Positions 1-10,016 of a stretch of DNA of 64,000 nt are shown here, in pieces (within the stretch, counting starts at the first letter, position 1; each line of letters starts with the position of its first letter). The notes under the pieces were generated by a model. The model did not search any database. It saw only the letters and a program-made list of their open reading frames with translations, and was not told the origin of the DNA. The DNA lies in assembly GCA_965209155.1 (NCBI GenBank), contig OZ242383.1, positions 2,752,001 to 2,816,000 on the forward strand, read 5' to 3'. This DNA is from a bacterium (GTDB taxonomy: Bacteria; SAR324; NAC60-12). The position numbers and the translations under genes were made by a program.

Positions 1-905
1 TCGAAGGGCAGGTCGTCAACGATGTGCCACCGGCCCAGCGTGGTATCGCGATGGTGTTCCAGTCCTATGGCTTGTATCCGCACATGAACGTGCGCAAGAA
101 CATGAGCTTTGCCCTCGAGCTTGCCAGGAAGTCGCGTCAGGTGATCAATTCCACCGTCACGCAGGCCGCGCGGATCCTCCAGATGGAACCCTATCTCGAA
201 CGCCTGCCCAAGGCACTCTCCGGTGGTCAGCGTCAGCGGGTGGCCATCGGCCGCGCGATCGTACGTGACCCCAAGGTTTACCTGTTCGACGAGCCGCTCT
301 CCAATCTGGATGCCGCCTTGCGGGTGGCCACCCGGATTGAGATCGCCCAGCTCAAGGAGTCGATGCCCGAGAGCACTATGATCTACGTGACCCACGACCA
401 GGTGGAGGCCATGACCCTGGCGAGTCGCATCGTGTTGCTCACCCCCGGTGGGCGCATTGGTCAGGTCGGTAGACCGTTGGAACTGTATACCCGGCCCCAA
501 AACGAGTTTGTCGCCCAGTTCATCGGCTCACCCGCCATGAACCTGCTTCCCGGCGAAGTTGTCGGCACGGGAGAGCAGACCACCATCAAACTCGAGACCG
601 GTGGGGTTGCCGTCTCGGCTGCCCCGACGCGAAGCTCGGAGGAAGGCCTGAAGGTCAACGTTGGGGTTCGGCCGGAGGATTTGGTAGAAACCGACGGCGA
701 TTATATTTTCGAGGGCAAGGTGAGCATCACCGAGGAATTGGGCGAGGTGACCCTGCTCCACTTTGACCGGGTGCAGGACAAAGATGCCATGCTCGCAAAG
801 CTGCCGGGCATTCACACAGGTTTGCGCGGCAACACGGTCAAACTGACCGCCGAGCCTCCCAAGATTCACGTCTTCCACGAGGGCGTTTCTCTCTATTACC
901 GCTAG
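1..905 (+). CDS. Sugar ABC transporter ATP-binding protein (MalK/UgpC family), 5' end lies outside the window
   Basis: RGIAMVFQSYGLYPHMNV, LSGGQRQRVAIGRAIV signature, Walker B YLFDEPLSNLDA, VTHDQVEAM H-loop, C-terminal TOBE-like region; Walker A is not in the window. Confidence 0.93.
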   Translation, partial: EGQVVNDVPPAQRGIAMVFQSYGLYPHMNVRKNMSFALELARKSRQVINSTVTQAARILQMEPYLERLPKALSGGQRQRVAIGRAIVRDPKVYLFDEPLSNLDAALRVATRIEIAQLKESMPESTMIYVTHDQVEAMTLASRIVLLTPGGRIGQVGRPLELYTRPQNEFVAQFIGSPAMNLLPGEVVGTGEQTTIKLETGGVAVSAAPTRSSEEGLKVNVGVRPEDLVETDGDYIFEGKVSITEELGEVTLLHFDRVQDKDAMLAKLPGIHTGLRGNTVKLTAEPPKIHVFHEGVSLYYR

Positions 906-1706
906 GATCTGAGGGGGACTAAGGGGGACAGACCCGTGCTCGATTGCAACATTCCCGATTCCTTTGAGATGGGGAAGTCCGAAGAGAAGAGAAGGTATGG
1001 AATCCAGGGTTCTATGGGATGTCGTTTCGTTCACGAGCACGAGCACGTCTCACGAGTACGATCACGAGGAGCCCCTTCCAGGGGCTAATTTAGGATCTAA
1101 GGGGGACTAAGGGCGACTAAGGGGGACAGACCCGTGCTCGTGCTCGTGAACGTGCTCGATTGCAACATTCCCGATTCCTTTGAGATGGGGAAGTCCGAAG
1201 AGAAGAGAAGGTATGGAATCCAGGGTTCTATGGGATGTCGTTTCGTTCACGAGCACGAGCACGTCTCACGAGTACGATCACGAGGAGCCCCTTCCAGGGG
1301 CTAATTTAGGATCTAAGGGGGACTAAGGGGGACAGACCCGTGCTCGTGCACGTGCTCGATTGCAACATTCCCGATTCCTTTGAGATGGGGAAGTCCGAAG
1401 AGAAGAGAAGGTATGGAATCCAGGGTTCTATGGGATGTCGTTTCGTTCACGAGCACGAGCACGTCTCACGAGTACGATCACGAGGAGCCCCTTCCAGGGG
1501 CTAATTTAGGATCTAAGGGGGACTAAGGGGGACAGACCCGTGCTCGTGCACGTGCTCGATTGCAACATTCCCGATCCCTTTGAGATGGGGAAGCCCGAAG
1601 AGAAGAGAAGGTATGGAATCCAGGGTTCTATGGGATGTCGTTTCGTTCACGAGCACGAGCACGTCTCACGAGTACGATCACGAGGAGCCCCTTCCAGGGG
1701 CTAATT
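903..1706. repeat. Tandem array of four ~188-216 bp near-identical units with internal CGTGCT/AGCACG hexamer inverted arms
   Basis: Units 903-1090, 1091-1306, 1307-1506, 1507-1706. Each begins TAGGATCT(A/G)AGGGGGACT and ends GCCCCTTCCAGGGGCTAATT. Length differences come from the number of 10-mer and hexamer subrepeats. Confidence 0.97.
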
Positions 1707-1763
1707 TAGAATCTAAAGAGAGCGGAAAGAAATAATGTAAACTTTTTTAAGGAAAGGAAATAA

Positions 1764-3323
1764 ATGGCTGTACAATTACCAACACCGCAACAAATACGAG
1801 AAGCCGCCGATGAAATGGGGCTGGATTTAACTGATGCGGATGTTGAATCTTATAGGGGTCTGTTTCAGGGACCTGTAAATGCTTACAATGTGGTTGATGC
1901 GATGCCTGATAATCTTCCGCTTGTGAAGTATCCACGAACACCTGGCTATCAACCCGGGGGTGAAGAAAATCAGTATAATGCCTGGTATGTGAAGACAGAA
2001 GTTAAAGGGGCTTCTCAAGGGAAACTTCAAGGAAAAACCGTTGTCTTGAAGGATAACGTCATGCTGGCTGGTGTTCCCATGATGAATGGATCTTCCATTT
2101 TGGAGGGGTATGTTCCTGACATAGATGCGACGGTTGTCACACGGCTTTTGGATGCAGGGGCTACGATTGTCGGAAAAGCTCACTGTGAAAATTTTTCCTC
2201 TGCTGGTGGCAGTCATACCAATGCAAAAGGACCGATACATAACCCCCATAAAATGGGATATTCGGCAGGCGGATCATCTTCTGGCAGTGCTGTCCTTGTT
2301 GCTGCAGGAGAGGTCGATCTCGCGATTGGTTGTGATCAAGGGGGATCCATTAGAATACCTGCGGCTTGCTGTGGAATATATGGAATGAAGCCTACCTATG
2401 GGCTTGTCCCTTATACAGGCATATTTACGGGTGAACCGACTGTAGATCATACGGGTCCTATGACAAATAATGTCGAGGACAACGCGTTAATGCTGGAAGT
2501 GATTGCTGGTGTGGATGGATATGATCCCAGGCAATCTAATGTGAAAACACAGCGCTATACGGAGGCTCTTAAGGGGAAAGACGGTTTAAAAGGCATGAAG
2601 ATTGCCGTGGTCAAAGAATGGTACATGCAGGAAGGCGATCTTCGTGCTGGTGATTTGGGGAATCTACGGCGGCATCATGATGAAGAGAAAGATGTTAATG
2701 AAAAATTCAAGGCAGCCGTTGCCGCCCTGAAGTCTTTGGGAGCAAAGGTAGACGAAGTCTCAATTCCTATGCATCTTGTTGGTCCGGCACTCATAGGGCC
2801 AATCATTGTTGAAGGACCAACACAAACGATGTGGGGCGATGGCTATGGAGTGGGCAGGACTGATCTCTATGTAACCAGCCTTATGGATTTTCTCAGGAAT
2901 TGGCAAAACCAGGCAAATGAATTGCCGGAAACCGTGAAGTTGATGCTTATGTTTGGCACCTACATACGAAAATATTACGGTTGTCGTTATTATGGAAAGG
3001 CAATCAATCTGAGTAGACCGCTGAGAGCTGCGTATGACAAGGTGCTTAATGATTATGATTTGCTGGCGATGCCGACTACGATCAAGGCTCAACCGCATCC
3101 AGCTCCTGATGCCAGTCGAGAGGAATATATACAAAAAGCTTACGATATGCACGCAAATACACAACCTTTTAATCTCACTCACCACCCGGCAATGGCCATT
3201 CCTTGTGGTATGTCAGAGGGCCTCCCGCTAAGTTTAATGCTTATTGGAAAGCATTTTGACGAATCCACCATTTACCGTGCTGCCCATGGGTTTCAGGAAG
3301 GAACGAATTGGAAGGAGATGTAA
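1764..3323 (+). CDS. Amidase (amidase signature family)
   Basis: VLKDN catalytic Lys, GGSSSGS, DQGGSIRIPA Ser-cisSer-Lys triad motifs; RBS AAGGA upstream. Confidence 0.95.
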   Translation: MAVQLPTPQQIREAADEMGLDLTDADVESYRGLFQGPVNAYNVVDAMPDNLPLVKYPRTPGYQPGGEENQYNAWYVKTEVKGASQGKLQGKTVVLKDNVMLAGVPMMNGSSILEGYVPDIDATVVTRLLDAGATIVGKAHCENFSSAGGSHTNAKGPIHNPHKMGYSAGGSSSGSAVLVAAGEVDLAIGCDQGGSIRIPAACCGIYGMKPTYGLVPYTGIFTGEPTVDHTGPMTNNVEDNALMLEVIAGVDGYDPRQSNVKTQRYTEALKGKDGLKGMKIAVVKEWYMQEGDLRAGDLGNLRRHHDEEKDVNEKFKAAVAALKSLGAKVDEVSIPMHLVGPALIGPIIVEGPTQTMWGDGYGVGRTDLYVTSLMDFLRNWQNQANELPETVKLMLMFGTYIRKYYGCRYYGKAINLSRPLRAAYDKVLNDYDLLAMPTTIKAQPHPAPDASREEYIQKAYDMHANTQPFNLTHHPAMAIPCGMSEGLPLSLMLIGKHFDESTIYRAAHGFQEGTNWKEM

Positions 3324-3324
3324 G

Positions 3325-4107
3325 ATGAGAACAGTAATCGTTACCGGCGCGCGAGGCGGCATCGGCGAAGCGACCGCCCGGAAATTCTTGGAACTCGGAG
3401 ACCGAGTCTATGGCACGGACCTGGCTTTTGATGAAACACCACCCGACTTCATCGAAGTCATCTGCGACGTGACCGATCCCGATGCGGTAAGTGGGCTGGT
3501 CGAACGAGCAGCGAGTGAAACCGGTCGGATTGATGTTTTAGTCAACAATGCCGGTATTCGAGTCGAGAAGGACGTCATTAACACCACCATGGAAGAATGG
3601 GATCGAATGATGGCGGTGAATCTGACCGCTGTCTTCCTCGGGTGCAAGTTCGCTCTTCCCCACATGCTGAAGCAGGCATCCGGCGCCATCGTCAATGTCG
3701 CCTCCGTGGCCGGGTTGAACCCTATGCCGAACCGCGCCGCCTACTGCGCTAACAAAGCCGGTGTGATCGGGCTTACCAGGCAAATGGCGCTGCAATACGC
3801 CCGCCAAGGCGTTCGGGTGAATGCGGTCTGTCCGGGTGCCACGATGACGCCCTTTTCCCGCGACGCAAATGCAAAAACTGGCGACCCGGCAGCGGCGGAG
3901 GCTGCTTTCTCGGAGCGCTTGCCGATAGGGCGGTGGGCTGAGCCGGAGGAGCAAGCCAACGCGATCGTCTATCTCGCCTCCGACGAGGCATCCTTTATCA
4001 CCGGGTCGATTCTCGATGTCGATGGCGGTAACAACCTGGTCACCGCACATGTGGCGCCACATGTGCGGTACCTGGTCACCGCACATGTGGCGCCAGGGAG
4101 TTATTGA
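3325..4107 (+). CDS. Short-chain dehydrogenase/reductase (SDR)
   Basis: TGARGGIG Rossmann motif, NNAG, YCANK (YxxxK), VNAVCPG; start moved to the ATG at 3325, just after the amidase stop. Confidence 0.93.
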   Translation: MRTVIVTGARGGIGEATARKFLELGDRVYGTDLAFDETPPDFIEVICDVTDPDAVSGLVERAASETGRIDVLVNNAGIRVEKDVINTTMEEWDRMMAVNLTAVFLGCKFALPHMLKQASGAIVNVASVAGLNPMPNRAAYCANKAGVIGLTRQMALQYARQGVRVNAVCPGATMTPFSRDANAKTGDPAAAEAAFSERLPIGRWAEPEEQANAIVYLASDEASFITGSILDVDGGNNLVTAHVAPHVRYLVTAHVAPGSY

Positions 4108-4169
4108 AGCGATACTTCAGGTAATATTGTCAGCGGTGGGCTTTCACTTTAAGAGAAAGGGAATACGAC

Positions 4170-5057
4170 ATGAATTCGAATCATAAACCGGTCGCCGTCG
4201 TGGTGGGAGCGACTTCCAAGTGGCAGGCAGATGGCCGGAATACCAAGTTGGCCCATGGCAGGGAGATCGACGGTAGTGATCTACCGGTGAGTGTTCGCTG
4301 GGGTGTGGGTGGTGCGATAGCCCAAAAATTCGCCCAAGAAGGGTTCTTTGTGGTCCTGACAACTCGTCGCACCACAAACGCTTCAATGCTTGACAAGGCG
4401 ATCCAAGAACAGGGCGGGGAAAGCATGATCGTCGAACTGGATTTGACCTCGAGTGAATCGATCGCGAACGCCTTCGCCAAAATCCGAGAACAGGTTGGAG
4501 ATCCGGAGGTTTTGGTATACAACGCGGGCTATCTGGAGGGTCGTGACCTTCCCCCTGAAAAAGAACTGCTTGAACACCTCCCTCTTGAAATGTTTGAAAC
4601 CGCGCAGCATATCTGCAGTCGTGGGCCGTTCTTAGTGGCCAAAGAGGTCCTGCCTGCCATGCGAAAGCGAGGGAAAGGGTCCTTCTTGATTTCAAATAAT
4701 ATCGCCTCGTTACGTGGGCGAAAGCGAAATACCGGGGAGTCGCTCTATTATCCGAGGGTGATGATGCGAACTCTTGCTCAGGTGCTCACAGAGGAGTATT
4801 CCGAGTTTGGCGTTCACATTGCCAACGTTGTCATCGATGGCACCATTGACTCTCCCGGAACGAGGGCTTTGACAACGCAACCAAACCCTGATCTCGTGTC
4901 ACCCCAGCGCAGTGGGGGACCATACCCCCTGCGGAGCGACGCCCTGATGAATCCTGTCAAGATAGCTGAAGCTTTTTACTATCTCCATACCCAAGATAAA
5001 TCGACTTGGACTCACGAGCTTCAGCTGACACCCTTCCTTATCAAACCAGGCTTTTAA
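4170..5057 (+). CDS. SDR-family oxidoreductase (atypical)
   Basis: VAVVVGA...GVGGAIA split Gly motif, VYNAG, GVHIANVVIDG, C-terminal WTHELQL typical of this SDR subgroup. Confidence 0.85.
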   Translation: MNSNHKPVAVVVGATSKWQADGRNTKLAHGREIDGSDLPVSVRWGVGGAIAQKFAQEGFFVVLTTRRTTNASMLDKAIQEQGGESMIVELDLTSSESIANAFAKIREQVGDPEVLVYNAGYLEGRDLPPEKELLEHLPLEMFETAQHICSRGPFLVAKEVLPAMRKRGKGSFLISNNIASLRGRKRNTGESLYYPRVMMRTLAQVLTEEYSEFGVHIANVVIDGTIDSPGTRALTTQPNPDLVSPQRSGGPYPLRSDALMNPVKIAEAFYYLHTQDKSTWTHELQLTPFLIKPGF

Positions 5058-5079
5058 ACAATGAAAATGAGGACATTCG

Positions 5080-5931
5080 ATGCAACAAGATAAGATTGAA
5101 AAAGTATCCGATGCGCTAGCCGCAGCATGGCGAGACGGCGGCAGCGTGAATATTTCAGAAGACCTTTGGCCGACGGATCTCGAAGAATCCCTCGCGATAC
5201 AGGCTGCGTTCGATGCCAAAATAAACGAAGAGATTGCTGGCTGGAAAATTGCAATGACCGACAAGCTTAGCCAGCGCGCCCAAGGTCTTGATCATCCAGC
5301 CTTCTTTGGGCGCTACTATAAAAGTGTTACACAGAAAAGCCCCGGCCATTTTCGCATGTCGGATTTTCGCAATCACCCTATTCCTGTAGAGGCGGAGTTT
5401 GCCCTTCGCCTGGGTCAAGACCTACCCACCAAAGAAGAATCATACGACATAGAAGAAATTCACGATGCCGTCGAAGCGGTTGTCATGGCGATCGATGTGC
5501 TGGATACACGATGGTATTGGGATTCATCGGACTGGCCTGAACCCGGCTGTTTAGACATTTTCAAAGGCTGCGCTGATCTTGCCAACGCGGGCGCATTCGT
5601 TATCGGCGATGAAATCCCCGGTTGGCGTGATCTCGATCTCGCGAACCTCCCTACTGCAATATACCTTGATGGTAAATTTGCATCCCGCGGGGGGCTGAGC
5701 GCACCTTCGGAACCGTTTCCGCGTGATCGACGATTGGATTTTTCAGAAATGGTGGCCGGTTTGTACTGGGTAGCCAATACCTTATCTCAGCGTGGATTTG
5801 GCATGCGAAATGGCCAGACCATTACAACCGGTTCTGCAGCGCAGATTCTTGCAGAGCCCGGAGCGGAGGCAACTATGCGATACGGAGAAGATGGAGAGTT
5901 TGGCGAAATCCAAATTTTAATTCATGCGTGA
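5080..5931 (+). CDS. 2-keto-4-pentenoate hydratase-like protein (FAH superfamily)
   Basis: GWKIAMT, VEAEFALRLG, ADLANAGAFVIG, GQTITTGS motifs. Confidence 0.85.
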   Translation: MQQDKIEKVSDALAAAWRDGGSVNISEDLWPTDLEESLAIQAAFDAKINEEIAGWKIAMTDKLSQRAQGLDHPAFFGRYYKSVTQKSPGHFRMSDFRNHPIPVEAEFALRLGQDLPTKEESYDIEEIHDAVEAVVMAIDVLDTRWYWDSSDWPEPGCLDIFKGCADLANAGAFVIGDEIPGWRDLDLANLPTAIYLDGKFASRGGLSAPSEPFPRDRRLDFSEMVAGLYWVANTLSQRGFGMRNGQTITTGSAAQILAEPGAEATMRYGEDGEFGEIQILIHA

Positions 5932-6000
5932 CGCTTCTGGCGAGCGAAGTTGAGGGTATCCTCAATTCGGGCCGGACGCAGAGAATAGGAGGAAAGAAAA

Positions 6001-6921
6001 ATGAGCCTACCCACTTGGACCCGCGACGCCGGGACAATGAAACGAGATATCGACGAGCACGGATATTGTCTCGTCGAAGACGCACTGACACCAGCACAGC
6101 TTGCCGAAGCGCGCGAGCGCCTCAGCGAGCAGGCCGAGGCCGAGCGTAAGGCTGGCGTCGCCTTCATGCGTAACGGCAAGATCGGTCCGGAACACGGATC
6201 TGGTAACAACCAGAATGTGAGCTTTCTTGGGAACAAGGGCCGCATCTTTCGCGAGATGGCTTCGCGGCCGGACATTCTGGACATTGTGCGCCACGTGCTC
6301 GGCGAGGAAATCCGTATCCACAACCTCTTGGGGCTCATCGTGCGCATTGGCGGCCAGGAGATGGGGCTGCACACGGATCAATGGTTCGTTCCATCGGCCA
6401 GCCGCTATGACGACCCGCCGATGCGGTCTGGGTCGATCACCCGCGCGAGTCCTGGGCAGCCTGATACACCAGGGCCGACGCTGATGCCGTGCATCGTATG
6501 CAACGTCTTTTGGATGCTGGACGATTTCACCACCGAAAACGGTGCGACCTGCATCGTGCCCGGCAGCCACAAGAGCGGACGCCGACCGAACAAGGACGAT
6601 CGCGCGGACCAGATGCAGGTGATAGGCCCGGCCGGTAACTGCTTCATCTTCGACGGCCGGCTCTTTCATGGCGCCGGACCCCACCTCTCGCAGGATCCAA
6701 CTGTCGAGCGCAAGGCCCTCACCTTTGCTTATATACCGCCCATGTTCAAGCCCCACGAGAACTATACGCTGGCGTTGCGTCCGGAGGTGTATGAGGAAGC
6801 CTCCCAAGAGCTTCTCGATCTGATGGGCTTCAAGGTCTGGTTCAACAATGGCCACCTGGGCGATCACAATGCGGAGCGTATCACGCGCGACATACCGATC
6901 ATCGGGGAACTGAAGCCATGA
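6001..6921 (+). CDS. Phytanoyl-CoA dioxygenase (PhyH) family 2OG-Fe(II) oxygenase
   Basis: GY..VEDALT N-terminus, LHTD (HxD), WMLDDFTTENGATCIVPGSHK, DGRLFHGAG distal His. Confidence 0.92.
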   Translation: MSLPTWTRDAGTMKRDIDEHGYCLVEDALTPAQLAEARERLSEQAEAERKAGVAFMRNGKIGPEHGSGNNQNVSFLGNKGRIFREMASRPDILDIVRHVLGEEIRIHNLLGLIVRIGGQEMGLHTDQWFVPSASRYDDPPMRSGSITRASPGQPDTPGPTLMPCIVCNVFWMLDDFTTENGATCIVPGSHKSGRRPNKDDRADQMQVIGPAGNCFIFDGRLFHGAGPHLSQDPTVERKALTFAYIPPMFKPHENYTLALRPEVYEEASQELLDLMGFKVWFNNGHLGDHNAERITRDIPIIGELKP

Positions 6922-6949
6922 GCGGAGCTTCATAATCAGGAGACAGCCA

Positions 6950-7855
6950 ATGAAAGTAGGATTCATAGGACTCGGCGCCATGGGCAAGCCGATCGCCATC
7001 AATATCGCAAAAGCAGGCTTCGAACTCACCGTTAAATCCCGGCGTGAGCATTCGCTTCAGGAACTCCGCCAGCATGGCGCCCGGGTTGCACGCAGCCACC
7101 GCGAGGTCGCCGAATCCGCGGACATCGTGTTAGCTTGTCTGTCGTCTATTGAAGCCAGTGAGCAAGTGGCATTGGGTCCCGATGGCGTCTTGGCCGGTGC
7201 AAAGAATGGCGACATTTACATCGAGCTGAGCACCATTAGTCCGGAGGTGGTTCATACCATTGCCGGGCGGGCGGCGGAAAAAGGCGTAACCGTGCTGGAC
7301 GCCCCGGTGAGCCGCCACAGCGCAGACAGCCGAGAGCAGGGGACACTATCGGTTATGGTTGGCGGCAACGCAAAGGCCCTGGCCCAGGCAATGCCGGTGT
7401 TCAAAGCGTTCGGAGACAAAATCTTTCACGTCGGTGATAGCGGTGCGGGCGTGACGGTCAAGCTGGTCAATAACCTGCTTGTCGGAATCAATATGGTCGC
7501 CACCATGGAAGCCCTGGTGCTGGGCGTCAAGGGCGGCCTGAGCGTGCAGACATTGAAAGAGGTGATCAGCGCGAGCAGCGGTAGCAGTAAGATTTTTGAA
7601 GGGATGGTCGATCTCATCGCCACACGCAGTCCCGAACCGCCGCCCGGGCAGACTGCCGACCAGGGGCTGCATATCATCAGCAAAGATGTCAAGCTGGCCG
7701 CTGAGTTGGCCCAGAACCTGTCTGTGCCCTTATCGCTTGGCTCGTCGGCTCTACAGCCGTTTCTCGCCGGCTTAGCCAATGGATGGGCGGACAAAGAAAA
7801 CTGGGTCCTTATGGAAATCTTCGAGCAAATGAGTGGAGTCAGAGTGCGTCCATAG
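6950..7855 (+). CDS. NAD(P)-dependent beta-hydroxyacid dehydrogenase (3-hydroxyisobutyrate DH/GarR family)
   Basis: GFIGLGAMG, DAPVS, GTLSVMVGG, KLVNN motifs. Confidence 0.93.
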   Translation: MKVGFIGLGAMGKPIAINIAKAGFELTVKSRREHSLQELRQHGARVARSHREVAESADIVLACLSSIEASEQVALGPDGVLAGAKNGDIYIELSTISPEVVHTIAGRAAEKGVTVLDAPVSRHSADSREQGTLSVMVGGNAKALAQAMPVFKAFGDKIFHVGDSGAGVTVKLVNNLLVGINMVATMEALVLGVKGGLSVQTLKEVISASSGSSKIFEGMVDLIATRSPEPPPGQTADQGLHIISKDVKLAAELAQNLSVPLSLGSSALQPFLAGLANGWADKENWVLMEIFEQMSGVRVRP

Positions 7856-7901
7856 CGATCAGCGCGTGGCTAACATTTATCTATATTGAGAGGTAACGCT
7901 T

Positions 7902-8654
7902 ATGACACCGAATCAAATTGCTCAAGCCGCTGAAATATTAGCAAAAGCGCACCTGGAACATAAGAAGATTGAACGCCTTTCTGGAGAACTTCGTCCCCAA
8001 GACCGAAAAACGGCAGTCGCCATCCAGGACGAGTTGGCGAGACTCATTGGGCAGAAGGTGGTTGGATGGAAAGTAGGCGGTGAACTTGTGGGGCGTGTTT
8101 TTCAATCAAATCTGCTTAAAAGTCCTGCAGCGCTGCCTGAGAAAGTCTACGGTCAAGCATTGGTTGAGGCCGAGTTAGGTTTCAGGATGCTTTCTGATCT
8201 TCCCGCTCGATCTGCGGTTTATGATTCCGATGAAGTCGCAGACCATGTCGTGCTCGTGTCGGCATTCGATCTAGGGGGTTCTCGTTTTTCGGGTGAAAAG
8301 ATTGATCTGCAGATTGAAACCGATTTTCTTCTAGCGTATGCAGACAATGCCTCACAGCTTGGGGTCGTCGTCGGCGACGATATTAAGGACTGGCGGGATA
8401 GGGCTCTGCTTGATATGAAAATTGAACTAACGATTGACGGAGGCTCTCCCGTTCCAGGTTTGCCTGAGGAGATGCGACGTGAGCCTTTGGATGTTTTAGT
8501 TTTGCTAGCCAATGATCTTTCTCAGAGAGGGATTGGTTTGGAAGCCGGTCAAGTGGTGGTCTGCGGAGCGGCGGCAATGGCGCCCATGGGTAAAAAAGCG
8601 ATTGCGACGTTCGGGGAACTTTCGCGCATTGAAGCAAGGATAACCAGCTCGTAA
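7902..8654 (+). CDS. Second 2-keto-4-pentenoate hydratase-like protein (FAH superfamily)
   Basis: GWKVG, VEAELGFR, ADNAS, GLEAGQVV motifs. Confidence 0.85.
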   Translation: MTPNQIAQAAEILAKAHLEHKKIERLSGELRPQDRKTAVAIQDELARLIGQKVVGWKVGGELVGRVFQSNLLKSPAALPEKVYGQALVEAELGFRMLSDLPARSAVYDSDEVADHVVLVSAFDLGGSRFSGEKIDLQIETDFLLAYADNASQLGVVVGDDIKDWRDRALLDMKIELTIDGGSPVPGLPEEMRREPLDVLVLLANDLSQRGIGLEAGQVVVCGAAAMAPMGKKAIATFGELSRIEARITSS

Positions 8655-8677
8655 CCAATTTTATCAGGGAGCATCCT

Positions 8678-9658
8678 ATGAAAGTTTTATACATTGGCGG
8701 CACCGGCCAGATATCTTTTGACTGCATTCACCAAACCGTGAAAGCCGGTCATGAAGTGACCGTTTTTAACCGTGGCAAACACAATGCCGGCCTTCCGGAA
8801 TCGGTTGATTTTATCACCGGTGATTTTAATGATGACCGACAATATGCCCAGATCCTGGAACATGCCTTCGATGTGATCTGCCAGTTCCGCGTGTTTACGC
8901 CTGGAGAGATGAAAAGAGATCTGGAAATGCTCCAGGGGAAAAAATTACAATATATCTTTATTTCCACGGCCTCTGCTTATCACAGACCGGTCCAGCATTT
9001 TCCCATCACCGAAAAGACCCCCCTCCACAATTCTTTTTCACCGTACAGCAGTCAGAAAATTGATTGTGAAAAATTACTTCAAAGTCAACGTAGCCTGGGC
9101 TATACCATTGTCCGCCCCAGTCACACCAGTCGGACCATGTTTACCACGGCCATGGTGGAAGGGGACTTTGCCGCAAGCCGCATACTCCGGGACAAACCGG
9201 TCATTGTACCGGGGGACGGCACCAGCCTGTGGACCATCACTGCGGCAGAGGAGTTTGCCGTGCCGTTTACCCGGCTCATCGGCAACCGGCAGGCCCTGGG
9301 AGATTACTTCCATTTGACCAGTGACAACTATTACAGTTGGAATGAGATCTATACTGCCCTCGGCAGGGCCCTGGGAAAAGAAACCCGCCTGGTCCATGTT
9401 CCGTCGGATACGCTCATCAAATACTGCCCTGACTGGCAGTGGGCGCTCCATGGAGACAAGACCCATACAGCCATATTTGATAACACCAAAATCAAAAAAG
9501 TGGTCGGTGATTTTACCTGTAAAATCACACTGGATGAGTTTATGCTGCGCAGAGCCACCCTTTATCGGGACTCGGACCGTGTTGATCAAGCAATCGACAC
9601 CAAGCAGGAGGCTTTGTTTGACCGGATCATCAGAGAGCAGAATGCTTTGGGAAGCTAA
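8678..9658 (+). CDS. NAD-dependent epimerase/dehydratase family protein
   Basis: YIGGTGQIS, FNRG, FISTASAY, YSSQK (YxxxK), IVRPSHT. Confidence 0.88.
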   Translation: MKVLYIGGTGQISFDCIHQTVKAGHEVTVFNRGKHNAGLPESVDFITGDFNDDRQYAQILEHAFDVICQFRVFTPGEMKRDLEMLQGKKLQYIFISTASAYHRPVQHFPITEKTPLHNSFSPYSSQKIDCEKLLQSQRSLGYTIVRPSHTSRTMFTTAMVEGDFAASRILRDKPVIVPGDGTSLWTITAAEEFAVPFTRLIGNRQALGDYFHLTSDNYYSWNEIYTALGRALGKETRLVHVPSDTLIKYCPDWQWALHGDKTHTAIFDNTKIKKVVGDFTCKITLDEFMLRRATLYRDSDRVDQAIDTKQEALFDRIIREQNALGS

Positions 9659-9702
9659 AAAGGTGTTCCCACGAGGCGATTTAATTTAGAGGAAGGCAAG
9701 AC

Positions 9703-10016
9703 ATGAAAGTTTTGCTAACGGGAGGAGCTGGATTTTTAGGTACTCGGTTGGCACGCGCTTTGTTAGACAGAGGTGTTTTGACAGGGGTGACCGGCGAAGA
9801 AGAGGCCATCGATGAGTTGGTGCTCTTTGACTCGGTTGAGGGACCCGGGCTTTCTGAGGAAAAAGCAGGAGGCATCGTCGTCCGTCGTGTGGTTGGGGAT
9901 ATCTCGGACCAGGAAACCGTTCAGGGATTGCTCGACCGGGATAACCTGTCGGTCTTTCACCTGGCAGCAGTCCCCAGTACCATGGCGGCAGAGATGGATT
10001 TTGATCTCGCCATGCG
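9703..10016 (+). pseudogene. 5' fragment of an NAD-dependent epimerase/dehydrogenase, truncated by an IS66 right-end copy
   Basis: LTGGAGFLG, VFHLAAV...AEMDFDL; homology stops after ~105 codons, where the dispersed repeat begins (GCGGATCTC at ~10017). Confidence 0.8.

Noticed and set aside
903..1706. CRISPR array
   Set aside because: Units are ~200 bp and the intervening cores are essentially identical rather than unique spacers; no cas genes in the window
6007..7029. Long antisense ORFs (e.g. 6007-7029, 17348-18268, 60219-61091)
   Set aside because: Shadow frames opposite well-supported genes, with no recognisable motifs
1764..10016. Integron cassette array
   Set aside because: No attC-like RYYYAAC...GTTRRRY inverted structures between genes and no integron integrase
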